A DNA stretch of 63,702 bases, the filler included, from Octopus bimaculoides (Eukaryota): assembly GCF_001194135.2 (NCBI RefSeq). It is 4 parts of 4 records of this genome, joined end to end, with 100 filler letters (N's around TTAATTAATTAA, not from the genome) between each part and the next. Parts side by side here need not be neighbours in the genome. Positions count along the whole stretch, not along the records: positions 29,850 to 59,014 come from NC_068991.1; positions 59,115 to 61,977 come from NC_068990.1; 2 more parts are not named here. One strand, given 5' to 3'. Position numbers and translations under genes: made by a program. Each line of letters opens with the position of its first letter. Position 1 is the stretch's first letter. The notes under the pieces were generated by a model. That model was not told the origin of the DNA and ran no database searches. It was given only the letters and a program-made list of their open reading frames with translations. Shown here in pieces: positions 48,374-60,801 of this stretch.

Positions 48374-49504
48374 AGAAAGAGAGAGAACCATACAATAAAT
48401 TAATAAATAAATAATGATAATAAATTAAATACCCCCAAAGGAACCCCGTTTTCCTCAAGTGAATATATGTAAGAATGGAACATTTTGAACATCTCAATAT
48501 ATGTAACGCTACTATTCGTAAGAAAAAACATCTCGTTTGAAACAGCTGTAGCGAACCACAATCCTACTGTTGTTATATATATATATATATATATATNNNN
48601 NNNNNNNNNNNNNNNNNNNNNNNNNNNNNNNNNNNNNNNNNNNNNNNNNNNNNNNNNNNNNNNNNNNNNNNNNNNNNNNNNNNNNNNNNNNNNNNNNNNN
48701 NNNNNNNNNNNNNNNNNNNNNNNNNNNNNNNNNNNNNNNNNNNNNNNNNNNNNNNNNNNNNNNNNNNNNNNNNNNNNNNNNNNNNNNNNNNNNNNNNNNN
48801 NNNNNNNNNNNNNNNNNNNNNNNNNNNNNNNNNNNNNNNNNNNNNNNNNNNNNNNNNNNNNNNNNNNNNNNNNNNNNNNNNNNNNNNNNNNNNNNNNNNN
48901 NNNNNNNNNNNNNNNNNNNNNNNNNNNNNNNNNNNNNNNNNNNNNNNNNNNNNNNNNNNNNNNNNNNNNNNNNNNNNNNNNNNNNNNNNNNNNNNNNNNN
49001 NNNNNNNNNNNNNNNNNNNNNNNNNNNNNNNNNNNNNNNNNNNNNNNNNNNNNNNNNNNNNNNNNNNNNNNNNNNNNNNNNNNNNNNNNNNNNNNNNNNN
49101 NNNNNNNNNNNNNNNNNNNNNNNNNGATTTGACTTTTATTATTTTTGTATTAATATTTGTGTATTTTTTTATATTGTTTTCTTCGTATTTTATATTGTTT
49201 TAACCTCCAACCTCTTCCTTTTTTGGACCCTCTCCTTCTAGCTCATATAAGCTAGTATTGTTTATGTAGCATTCACTCTACCCTGAATTGTGGCACAATA
49301 CGGACAGATTTCGGAGTACCGATGAACTTTTATGTAAATGTATCAACTTAAAGGATTAAGATATTACGATGTATATTACAATGGATACTACAATGGACAA
49401 TACCAAGTGGACTCCCCCTTTTTATCTCTCATGTTTCTCCCTCCTTTAACTTTGTTCTTGGTAACTTCTTCTTTGTGATATAATGCTTGGGAAAGAATAT
49501 ATTT

Positions 49505-49595
49505 GCGGCTGAAGATAGCTTTATACCATCCTGTATATCAATTATATACCAATATAATGATGCAACGACTATAAAGCTTGAAACACGTGTACGGC
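49505..49595 (+). ncRNA. Type I hammerhead-like motif with long stem II (best-preserved copy)
   Basis: CTGAAGA (49509-49515), T, stem II agctttata/tataaagct (49517-49525/49570-49578), T, GAAA (49580-49583), palindromic ACACGTGT stem III, GTA cleavage triplet; stem I gcgg/cggc has one mismatch. Confidence 0.65.
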
Positions 49596-49794
49596 GGAAT
49601 CCTTTGTGTTCTGTTTTTATTTTTACGTTTTTAATTTATTCTTTCACCCCGGCCACTCTCTGGCATATACAGGTGCTTGCAATTATCAAGTATTACCTCT
49701 ATATATGTGTGTGTGTGTGTGTGTGTATACGTGTATATACGTGTATGTATGCATATCTGTATATTTATGTTTATATATGCACACATACACACAT

Positions 49795-49842
<48 letters not shown>

Positions 49843-50267
49843 ACATATATATATATATATGTGTGTGTGTATATACATACATACATGTGTAGTGTAGCAC
49901 ATGACATACAGTAAATATGGCAGCAACGTTCGTAGACAGAACTTCAGCTGTAAAAATCTTATCCGCACAAACGTTTCCTCCATTATAAACATCAAAAGAA
50001 ACTTCATAAACAGGACATCTGAACCCATATTTTAACCGGATGTCAGCATATCAAATAGGCCATTCTAATTTTAAAAAAATCATGAGGTACTATCATCAGT
50101 CAAGAGTTTTGCGGCGTTAATTGATAAAATTAATTGATTAAATTAACGCTGCCAATCGGCGCGTGTTACGGTGCTCACAATCAACAGTATGAACATACAT
50201 ATATAAGGATCAGAGATACACGTACTTTCGCTATTTTCTCTGAAATATGGGCTTTTAACGATGGAAT

Positions 50268-50483
50268 ATTCTTTTCTACTCTAGGCGCAAGGCCCGAAAT
50301 TTTTGGGGGAGGGGGGCTAGTTGATTAGATCAACCCCAGTACACAACTGGTACTTAATTTATCGACCTCGAAAGAATGAAAGGCAAAGTCGACCTCGGCG
50401 GAATTTGAACTCAGAACATAACGGTAGACGAAATGCCGCTAAGCATTTCGCCCGGCGTGCTAACGATTCTGCCAGCTCGCCGA
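50268..50483 (-). mobile_element. Full-length SINE family B
   Basis: Reverse complement of the 24030-24247 copy over its whole length. Confidence 0.9.
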
Positions 50484-51051
50484 CTTACAATGGAATATTG
50501 TAATATAGGTTAAAAATGTAGATGTTATGCATTTCTTTTCCATCATTCAACACAACAATATTTATAGCTGTATTCTAATGTTTGTATGTATGTGCATATA
50601 TACATATATTTCTATTTAAGCATATTTATATACATATGTATATACACCTAGNNNNNNNNNNNNNNNNNNNNNNNNNNNNNNNNNNNNNNNNNNNNNNNNN
50701 NNNNNNNNNNNNNNNNNNNNNNNNNNNNNNNNNNNNNNNNNNNNNNNNNNNNNNNNNNNNNNNNNNNNNNNNNNNNNNNNNNNNNNNNNNNNNNNNNNNN
50801 NNNNNNNNNNNNNNNNNNNNNNNNNNNNNNNNNNNNNNNNNNNNNNNNNNNNNNNNNNNNNNNNNNNNNNNNNNNNNNNNNNNNNNNNNNNNNNNNNNNN
50901 NNNNNNNNNNNNNNNNNNNNNNNNNNNNNNNATATATACACATACATATACATAATGTTATTGTCAATGATTTCTATTATTCGAGTCACGCCTTTTTAAA
51001 GTTAAAAAAAAAAATCGCCCACCGAAATTCCTGTATGCATGTACGTCTGTA

Positions 51052-51116
<65 letters not shown>

Positions 51117-52842
51117 TGATGATGATGATGATAATATTGGTAGTTAATGAGATAGAAAGATAAAAAGACTGGCCATTTAAATATGCAAAATTTACTCGTT
51201 TAATCTACTGTAAATACATAGTACCACTACAGGAAAATAGACAATTTACCTCATTCTAAGGGCTTAGTTTTAAGTTTGTCCTCAGCTTTGGGAGTTATAT
51301 TGCTCCAGTTTGCCCACTTTACATGACCTAACTTTGATTAAAATTCGTCTCCACTGAACGGGACGCGAAATTTTTTTCCCACGTAGTTCCAGGCCTCAGT
51401 AATGAACTCGTTTGCATACAGCCAGTCAGAGCTCACTTTGACCTTGTTGTCCAGTTAAGAGACACACACTGCCAAATAAACTCAAGACGAAGAACGGTGT
51501 TCTAAGTCGACCGATCGCCAAGTTATGCCTGATTTTAGGAGACAAGTAATTAAACACACACACACATGCATAAATACATACATATATGCATACATGCATA
51601 GGCACACACATACACACACACACGCACAGAGACACACACACAGTGACCCACACACATGCGCACAAACAAACAAAAAAGAACGCAGTATAAATAACGGACA
51701 GAGCCAAGACTAAACGAAAATTTTAGGAAATTAAAAATAAGGAATAAGTGGAAATTTTACCGGTGAGTGTGTTAAATTATAAGGCACGAAAAGAAAAGGA
51801 CTCACCCCAGACACAACGGAATATGCTTCAACACACGAAATCACATAAAAAATATTGCAAACCAAATCCCAAAACGAAGTAATTAGATAGATTTGCATCT
51901 ATACCTATTATCGGATTTTGTTAGGGCCTCATATGGTAAAGATGTGGATGGGAAAATGAGGGTAGAGGGTGATGTGCTAGCAACCCTCTCCCCTTACTGT
52001 TTTACAAAGTAAAACAAGAACGCAAATAACTACGCAGAGGCAACCATGGTTGAAACAAGAACAAGAACAACAAGCATTATTAAAAGAGANNNNNNNNNNA
52101 ACGCAAATAACTACGCAGAGGCAACCATGGTTGAAACAAGAACAAGAACAACAAGCATTATTAAAAGAGAAAAGAAGCATGGTCATTCCTTGTCCAAGTG
52201 ACCTTATCTTATCGCCCATCACTTGTTATGCACTCATAAATCAATTTGATAACTAAGCTATGATTGGCTGTATGTAAATGGGGTCCGGAACTCACGTGGG
52301 AAAAAAATTCGCGAACGGGACGTCGGTAACTCGTAGAGTTAACTTCCCAGCTTTTACTGGAACTTATTTACAGCTTGAGTGAACAGGATCAAGAACACAG
52401 TGCATCACCCACTCCGTGATTTGAAACTATGATCTTACAATTGCGAGTGCAGCACCCTTTCATGTATAACAGCTTGAATGCAAATTTGGTTAACTCTACA
52501 AACCTATTTTCAGCTGTTACTCTAAAAATAGTAATTAATATAGATTAATTGCTACGAGTTCTTCAGAGAAGACAGGGTCTCTATCGGAAACCTTTCTCAA
52601 GGGTTTTACGATTAACTGGAAGAAGGAAGGTCGTTGCCTTCAAACAAGAGACTTGATTCTAACGCCTACCACAGAGAAGCCTTCACGGCTTAGTGTTAGA
52701 GTAGAGGTATTAAACGAAATGGCAGGTTAGGTCTCCCACGCAATATCAGGCAGGCCGTTATATAATACATAAAGATTATATAATACATAAAGAATGCATT
52801 GATAATATGCAGGAAGATCTCTTAAACGTGGAAACATAATCT

Positions 52843-53040
52843 TTTACTCTTGGCCATGCTGGAGCACCACCTTTAGTCAAGCAAATCGACCCCAGGACTT
52901 ATTCTTTGTAAGCCTAGTACATATTCTATCGGTCAGTTTTTGCCGAACCGCTAAGTTACGGGGACGTAAATGCACCAGCATCGGTTGTCAAGCGAAGTTG
53001 GGGAGACAAACACAGACACACAAACATATCCACACACATA
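52843..53040 (-). mobile_element. SINE family A 3' half
   Basis: ggccatgctggagcaccacctttagtc...gccgaaccgctaagttacggggacgtaaa...gacaaacacagacac. Confidence 0.85.
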
Positions 53041-53839
53041 CATATATACATATATATATATTGATACGTGCGCACGCACACCGAGAGAGAGAGAGAGAGA
53101 TNNNNNNNNNNNNNNNNNNNNNNNNNNNNNNNNNNNNNNNNNNNNNNNNNNNNNNNNNNNNNNNNNNNNNNNNNNNNNNNNNNNNNNNNNNNNNNNNNNN
53201 NNNNNNNNNNNNNNNNNNNNNNNNNNNNNNNNNNNNNNNNNNNNNNNNNNNNNNNNNNNNNNNNNNNNNNNNNNNNNNNNNNNNNNNNNNNNNNNNNNNN
53301 NNNNNNNNNNNNNNNNNNNNNNNNNNNNNNNNNNNNNNNNNNNNNNNNNNNNNNNNNNNNNNNNNNNNNNNNNNNNNNNNNNNNNNNNNNNNNNNNNNNN
53401 NNNNNNNNNNNNNNNNNNNNNNNNNNNNNNNNNNNNNNNNNNNNNNNNNNNNNNNNNNNNNNNNNNNNNNNNNNNNNNNNNNNNNNNNNNNNNNNNNNNN
53501 NNNNNNNNNNNNNNNNNNNNNNNNNNNNNNNNNNNNNNNNNNNNNNNNNNNNNNNNNNNNNNNNNNNNNNNNNNNNNNNNNNNNNNNNNNNNNNNNNNNN
53601 NNNNNNNNNNNNNNNNNNNNNNNNNNNNNNNNNNNNNNNNNNNNNNNNNNNNNNNNNNNNNNNNNNNNNNNNNNNNNNNNNNNNNNNNNNNNNNNNNNNN
53701 NNNNNNNNNNNNNNNNNNNNNNNNNNNNNNNNNNNNNNNNNNNNNNNNNNNNNNNNNNNNNNNNNNNNNNNNNNNNNNNNNNNNNNNNNNNNNNNNNNNN
53801 NNNNNNNNNNNNNNNNNNNNNNNNNNNNNNNNNNNNNNN

Positions 53840-53890
<51 letters not shown>

Positions 53891-54226
53891 AAAATGTAGA
53901 AGTGATATTTTTCGGAATGGAATCTGGTTCGTCAAGTACATAAGATACATACACACACAAGCATAGTGTTATACTCACACAAATCGCCACACACACACAC
54001 ATAACATCACCGTGTCACCACAAGCACCATCCTCATCAGTTCTATGTGGACACATTTTTAGTACTTGCTTATTCTTAAGACGGAAGCTAAACCGATGTTA
54101 TTTCTGTTTAAATATACACCCATACATGCTTATACACAAACATATAATTACGTGTGTACACGTGCTTGTTTATACGTACATACATACATACATATACATA
54201 CATACAAAGATATATATATATATATG

Positions 54227-54259
<33 letters not shown>

Positions 54260-55668
54260 ATACGATGTGTGTGTGCGCGTACCGATAGATCTGAGCGCAA
54301 ATCTGCGTTTGCGGTGAATGGGAGAGGCAAGCCGAAGTCACAATGCGTGTGTGCAGAAAAACGCGGATGATAGTTTCAACAGCGAAGCTGAGTGCGAGAG
54401 GGGAGGAGTGTGAAGTCGCTGATGGGAACAGTGGGAAGAGTATATGAAGGAGAGCGAGAGTGTGAGGAAGAGCAGAAGGAGAGAAAGAGAGAGTGAACAA
54501 AGGGAGGAGGAAGGGAGGAGGAACTTAAGCGAGTCAAAGAGAAATTGCGACAGAGAGAGATAAGGAGAGAGCTATAGGGGTTGAGAGTGGGAGTGGGAGA
54601 CAGCGAGATGATGGGAGTTAGAGAGAATTGGAAATAATTGTCGTAAAATGCGTGAGTAGTTTCGTAAGTGAAGGAGGAGAGGGGAGAGGAGACAGAAACN
54701 NNNNNNNNNNNNNNNNNNNNNNNNNNNNNNNNNNNNNNNNNNNNNNNNNNNNNNNNNNNNNNNNNNNNNNNNNNNNNNNNNNNNNNNNNNNNNNNNNNNN
54801 NNNNNNNNNNNNNNNNNNNNNNNNNNNNNNNNNNNNNNNNNNNNNNNNNNNNNNNNNNNNNNNNNNNNNNNNNNNNNNNNNNNNNNNNNNNNNNNNNNNN
54901 NNNNNNNNNNNNNNNNNNNNNNNNNNNNNNNNNNNNNNNNNNNNNNNNNNNNNNNNNNNNNNNNNNNNNNNNNNNNNNNNNNNNNNNNNNNNNNNNNNNN
55001 NNNNNNNNNNNNNNNNNNNNNNNNNNNNNNNNNNNNNNNNNNNNNNNNNNNNNNNNNNNNNNNNNNNNNNNNNNNNNNNNNNNNNNNNNNNNNNNNNNNN
55101 NNNNNNNNNNNNNNNNNNNNNNNNNNNNNNNNNNNNNNNNNNNNNNNNNNNNNNNNNNNNNNNNNNNNNNNNNNNNNNNNNNNNNNNNNNNNNNNNNNNN
55201 NNNNNNNNNNNNNNNNNNNNNNNNNNNNNNNNNNNNNNNNNNNNNNNNNNNNNNNNNNNNNNNNNNNNNNNNNNNNNNNNNNNNNNNNNNNNNNNNNNNN
55301 NNNNNNNNNNNNNNNNNNNNNNNNNNNNNNNNNNNNNNNNNNNNNNNNNNNNNNNNNNNNNNNNNNNNNNNNNNNNNNNNNNNNNNNNNNNNNNNNNNNN
55401 NNNNNNNNNNNNNNNNNNNNNNNNNNNNNNNNNNNNNNNNNNNNNNNNNNNNNNNNNNNNNNNNNNNNNNNNNNNNNATATATATATATATATATATATA
55501 TATAAACAATATATGAGTATATGCATATATATGTACATGTATGTACATACCTTCATCCACATATATATACATACATACACGCACACACACATACACACAC
55601 ACACATACCTTGGAGTATTGATTTCGTTGTTGTTTCTTAGGGCCGCAAGTCAGTCTTGATACTGTAGA

Positions 55669-55717
<49 letters not shown>

Positions 55718-56056
55718 ACACACACACACGCAACACACACACACTCCGTCTTCATACTCTAAACTGCACACACGCACTCGGATACACTCACACACTCGGA
55801 CACACTCACACACACACCAGCGTGCACGCACGCACACGCACACACACGTAACAATATTATCCAATTCGTCATATCCCTAATATGGTACAAAGTGAGATTT
55901 AATGAGAATTCGTCTGCTATTTCTAACAGATCAAAACCGTGGTATACTATCTTCCATATGTATGTGTTTATTCATCCGTGATGTGTACCTGTGTATATAA
56001 ATGTGCGTATAGGTTTGTGTTATAAGCAAGTACCTATCTATCTGTCTATCTATCTG

Positions 56057-56132
<76 letters not shown>

Positions 56133-57674
56133 AGTGTGTGTGTATGCATATATATNNNNNNNNNNNNNNNNNNNNNNNNNNNNNNNNNNNNNNNNNNNNN
56201 NNNNNNNNNNNNNNNNNNNNNNNNNNNNNNNNNNNNNNNNNNNNNNNNNNNNNNNNNNNNNNNNNNNNNNNNNNNNNNNNNNNNNNNNNNNNNNNNNNNN
56301 NNNNNNNNNNNNNNNNNNNNNNNNNNNNNNNNNNNNNNNNNNNNNNNNNNNNNNNNNNNNNNNNNNNNNNNNNNNNNNNNNNNNNNNNNNNNNNNNNNNN
56401 NNNNNNNNNNNNNNNNNNNNNNNNNNNNNNNNNNNNNNNNNNNNNNNNNNNNNNNNNNNNNNNNNNNNNNNNNNNNNNNNNNNNNNNNNNNNNNNNNNNN
56501 NNNNNNNNNNNNNNNNNNNNNNNNNNNNNNNNNNNNNNNNNNNNNNNNNNNNNNNNNNNNNNNNNNNNNNNNNNNNNNNNNNNNNNNNNNNNNNNNNNNN
56601 NNNNNNNNNNNNNNNNNNNNNNNNNNNNNNNNNNNNNNNNNNNNNNNNNNNNNNNNNNNNNNNNNNNNNNNNNNNNNNNNNNNNNNNNNNNNNNNNNNNN
56701 NNNNNNNNNNNNNNNNNNNNNNNNNNNNNNNNNNNNNNNNNNNNNNNNNNNNNNNNNNNNNNNNNNNNNNNNNNNNNNNNNNNNNNNNNNNNNNNNNNNN
56801 NNNNNNNNNNNNNNNNNNNNNNNNNNNNNNNNNNNNNNNNNNNNNNNNNNNNNNNNNNNNNNNNNNNNNNNNNNNNNNNNNNNNNNNNNNNNNNNNNNNN
56901 NNNNNNNNNNNNNNNNNNNNNNNNNNNNNNNNNNNNNNNNNNNNNNNNNNNNNNNNNNNNNNNNNNNNNNNNNNNNNNNNNNNNNNNNNNNNNNNNNNNN
57001 NNNNNNNNNNNNNNNNNNNNNNNNNNNNNNNNNNNNNNTATATATATATATATATATATGTATGTAAGTATGTATGTATGTATGTATATATATATAACTC
57101 CCTCATTGATCAAATGCGACATATTACAGGAGGTTCCAAGTAATGGTGTAGCTCAGTCAACGGTGGTGCTCCAGCATGACCGCAGCTTTAAAGCTGAAAC
57201 ATTTTAAAATAGTAAAAATAGTTATATATTACTTTGGAAACACGGAGTAGATGAAACAATGACGACTGAAGAAGGGGTATATTCTTCATGTTGTATGTCT
57301 CGTTCCTCTGTTTGTTTTTTTCTTTATTCGAAAAAAAGTTAGCTTTCTATGTTTTCGTTTTCTATGTTTTCGTTTGTCATTGTGTTTAACGTTTTTTTGA
57401 TGTTCTGTACCCATATATGCATGTATATATACATATATATGTAGGTATGTACATATATGTATGGATATATGCATATATTTATATTATATATATACATAGA
57501 TTGCCCGAAATGTGGAGTTGATGGACAGCCAACAACTGATGAAGGGTCGTTGTTCATGTTACTTGTCTTGTTTTCCATTTATTTATCTCGTTGTTCGCAT
57601 ACCCAAGTTTGCCTTCATATTTCATGTTGTTTACGTTTTGTGACGTCCTGTACCCATATATATANNNNNNNNNN

Positions 57675-57714
<40 letters not shown>

Positions 57715-57920
57715 ATATTCATCAAAGAAGCGGGAATGAAGTTTATCTGTATATCAATTTCCCGTATATATCTATATATATATATATATTATACACATAC
57801 ATACATACATACATACATACATACATAACATGAATCCGAGAGGTTTTAAAATTGAATATATATAGACGTGTCTTCCAGAGGGTTACGCCACGATTCTCGG
57901 AATCCACACCGTATATAACT

Positions 57921-57993
<73 letters not shown>

Positions 57994-58411
57994 ATGCATT
58001 CATGTGTGAGTTGTCGTTTGTATCTGATTGTGTGTCCCTGTGAGTTTGTATGTTTATATATAGTGGTATTAAGTTAGGAACTTATTTAATAGTCTTTCGA
58101 ATGGTTGATACGAAAAGGACTTGAGAGAGAGAGGGGGGGGCAAAGACGGTCAGTCAGGCAGAAATAGAGATAAGAATCAATGTGCATAAAAAGAGTCGAT
58201 ACGAAAAGGAAAAGTAGGAGAGACGAGAAACATGGCGGGAAAGACTGAGTTCGTCGGACCAGGTTTATGCTATTCTGATGAAATCGCGGTCATTCACAAA
58301 TAGTTAGGAAGACAGATTCATAAATACTTACATAGATGGTGTGTCGATAGATGTACGGAAATACATAAATTCATATGCATACATGCAGATAAATGCACGT
58401 ATTTGTATATA

Positions 58412-58615
58412 CAGTAATCCATCGACTATCGCGGGTGTTACGTTCCTACCCCCGCGATAGATAAAAATCCGCGAAGTAGAAACAGTATTGTATATTTATT
58501 ATTACTATTTTGTATAATTTGTATTTGTTCATTTTATTATAAATGCAAAACAACATCACGGTGGAATCGACGTAAGCTTAAATAATGAACCGCGATAGGT
58601 GACGAGGGATTACTG
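58412..58615. mobile_element. Tigger/pogo-type MITE
   Basis: TA|cagtaatccatcgactatcgcgg ... ccgcgataggtgacgagggattactg|TA. Confidence 0.85.
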
Positions 58616-59014
58616 TATATACTTTTTACTAACGTACAGACAAGCATATATACACACACATATATATATATATATATATAGTTTTAGGGAAAATAATCAA
58701 TTTTCAAGAACTCATCGATGAAAATCCACTATCACATATAGAAAAATTAATAATTAAAAGCACAATAAATGAGTATAATATAAAGTAAAGTAAATATCAT
58801 AAGATAAATATAATAAAATGATTACACGTGTTTCATAACCAATTTTCAAATAGAAAAGAAATTTAAATCGATTAAAATCAATTGAAATTATCTAAAATAA
58901 GTTCTATTCAAAAATATAGCTACTCGTCAGATCGTAAGTAGAACAATAATTAGATATATATCTCAACCAACAATAAGTACCAAATGAATTAATATGATAT
59001 ACTTATTATATAAA

Positions 59015-59114
59015 NNNNNNNNNNNNNNNNNNNNNNNNNNNNNNNNNNNNNNNNNNNNTTAATTAATTAANNNNNNNNNNNNNNNNNNNNNNNNNNNNNN
59101 NNNNNNNNNNNNNN
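59015..59114. other. Artificial 100-bp scaffold spacer
   Basis: 44 N + TTAATTAATTAA + 44 N. Confidence 0.95.
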
Positions 59115-59173
59115 TATTTCGTATGTGTATTTCGTGTGCAAGATTCTTGATGTGGATACGTGTGTTGAAAGAA

Positions 59174-59440
59174 ATACAATTAAACCTTTGGAGAGGCATT
59201 ATGCCGGTAATAAACACACGCACTGGTTCAGTCCTTTATTAATTTATATAGTTTTTTTGTTAAATTATTTCATTGCACTCTTGCAATCTCTTCAGTAACT
59301 TGTCTCTCCACTTCCATTTATTTTAAATAAATGGAAGTGGAGAGATAATTTAACAAAAAAACTAATATAAATTAATAAAGGACTGAACCAGCGCGTCTGT
59401 TTATTACCGGCATAATGCCTCTCCCAAGGTTTAATTGTAT
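59174..59440. repeat. Near-spacerless palindrome, probably inverted Penelope pLTRs; the left arm carries an extra 35 bp
   Basis: atacaattaaacc... is complementary to ...ggtttaattgtat; centre ccatttattt-t-aaataaatgg; 59268-59302 has no partner on the right arm. Confidence 0.9.
59259..59299 (-). ncRNA. Degenerate type I hammerhead-like motif
   Basis: Minus strand gtta-CTGAAGA-G-attgca-agag-tgcaat-GAAA-taatt-taac: stem I gtta/taac, stem II attgca/tgcaat. Confidence 0.5.
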
Positions 59441-59906
59441 ATATATTTACATATCTACATACTTAGACACTTAGTTTCACGGGGATATGCGATGAAGATA
59501 CACACTTATACACATATATAAATAGGTGCATACGGATACCTGGGAAAACGTCAGAATATAGAAGACACTAAGTAAAGGTTCCAATAGTAAAGGTTCACAT
59601 ATAGAGAATCAGGTTCCAATGATTTGGCTTAAGCTATACGCGCTCTCTGTTTATACAAAATCCTATTTCAAGAATCTTGTGGTTGCAATTGAAAATCAGT
59701 TCATTTCGTTTGCTAAGAATTTGTGGCGTGACAGTAAAATTTGAGTTGCTTTCTGGCTACACAATCGGCATGGGTTTTGTTTTCTCATGTAAGGAGTTGT
59801 AATGTGTATTGGGTGTTTTGATTTTTGTCTGATGTACGCAGCCAATGAAGTATTAGTACCGTTATGACTTTAAAATAATATACATGTATATGCGCGCACA
59901 TACTTA

Positions 59907-59941
<35 letters not shown>

Positions 59942-60551
59942 NNNNNNNNNNNNNNNNNNNNNNNNNNNNNNNNNNNNNNNNNNNNNNNNNNNNNNNNNNN
60001 NNNNNNNNNNNNNNNNNNNNNNNNNNNNNNNNNNNNNNNNNNNNNNNNNNNNNNNNNNNNNNNNNNNNNNNNNNNNNNNNNNNNNNNNNNNNNNNNNNNN
60101 NNNNNNNNNNNNNNNNNNNNNNNNNNNNNNNNNNNNNNNNNNNNNNNNNNNNNNNNNNNNNNNNNNNNNNNNNNNNNNNNNNNNNNNNNNNNNNNNNNNN
60201 NNNNNNNNNNNNNNNNNNNNNNNNNNNNNNNNNNNNNNNNNNNNNNNNNNNNNNNNNNNNNNNNNNNNNNNNNNNNNNNNNNNNNNNNNNNNNNNNNNNN
60301 NNNNNNNNNNNNNNNNNNNNNNNNNNNNNNNNNNNNNNNNNNNNNNNNNNNNNNNNNNNNNNNNNNNNNNNNNNNNNNNNNNNNNNNNNNNNNNNNNNNN
60401 NNNNNNNNNNNNNNNNNNNNNNNNNNNNNNNNNNNNNNNNNNNNNNNNNNNNNNNNNNNNNNNNNNNNNNNNNNNNNNNNNNNNNNNNNNNNNNNNNNNN
60501 NNNNNNNNNNNNNNNNNNNNNNNNNNNNNNNNNNNNNNNNNNNNNNNNNNN

Positions 60552-60584
<33 letters not shown>

Positions 60585-60596
60585 TTGTGTGGGTAT

Positions 60597-60801
60597 GTTT
60601 GTGTGTCTCTGTTTGTCCCCCAAAACATCGCTTGACAATCGATGCTGGTGTGTTTACGTCCCCGTAACTTAGCGGTTCGGCTAAAGAGAACGATTGAATA
60701 AGTACTAGGCTTACAAAGAATAAGTCCTGCGGTCGATTAGCTCGACTAAAGGCGGTGCTCCAGCATGGCCGCAGTCAAATGACTGAAACAAGTAAAAGAG
60801 A
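60597..60801 (+). mobile_element. SINE family A 3' half (5' part presumably in the gap)
   Basis: tgtccccc...gtttacgtccccgtaacttagcggttcgg...ccagcatggccgcagtcaaatgactgaaacaagtaaaagag. Confidence 0.9.

Noticed and set aside
52020-52170. ~70-bp direct repeat flanking a 10-N gap
   Set aside because: Identical sequence on both sides of a minimal gap is the typical sign of an unmerged contig overlap
52612-52650. ctggaagaaggaaggtcgttgccttcaaac as a hammerhead
   Set aside because: Extra G in the core, missing G of GAAA, and no stem I or NUH; too degenerate to support
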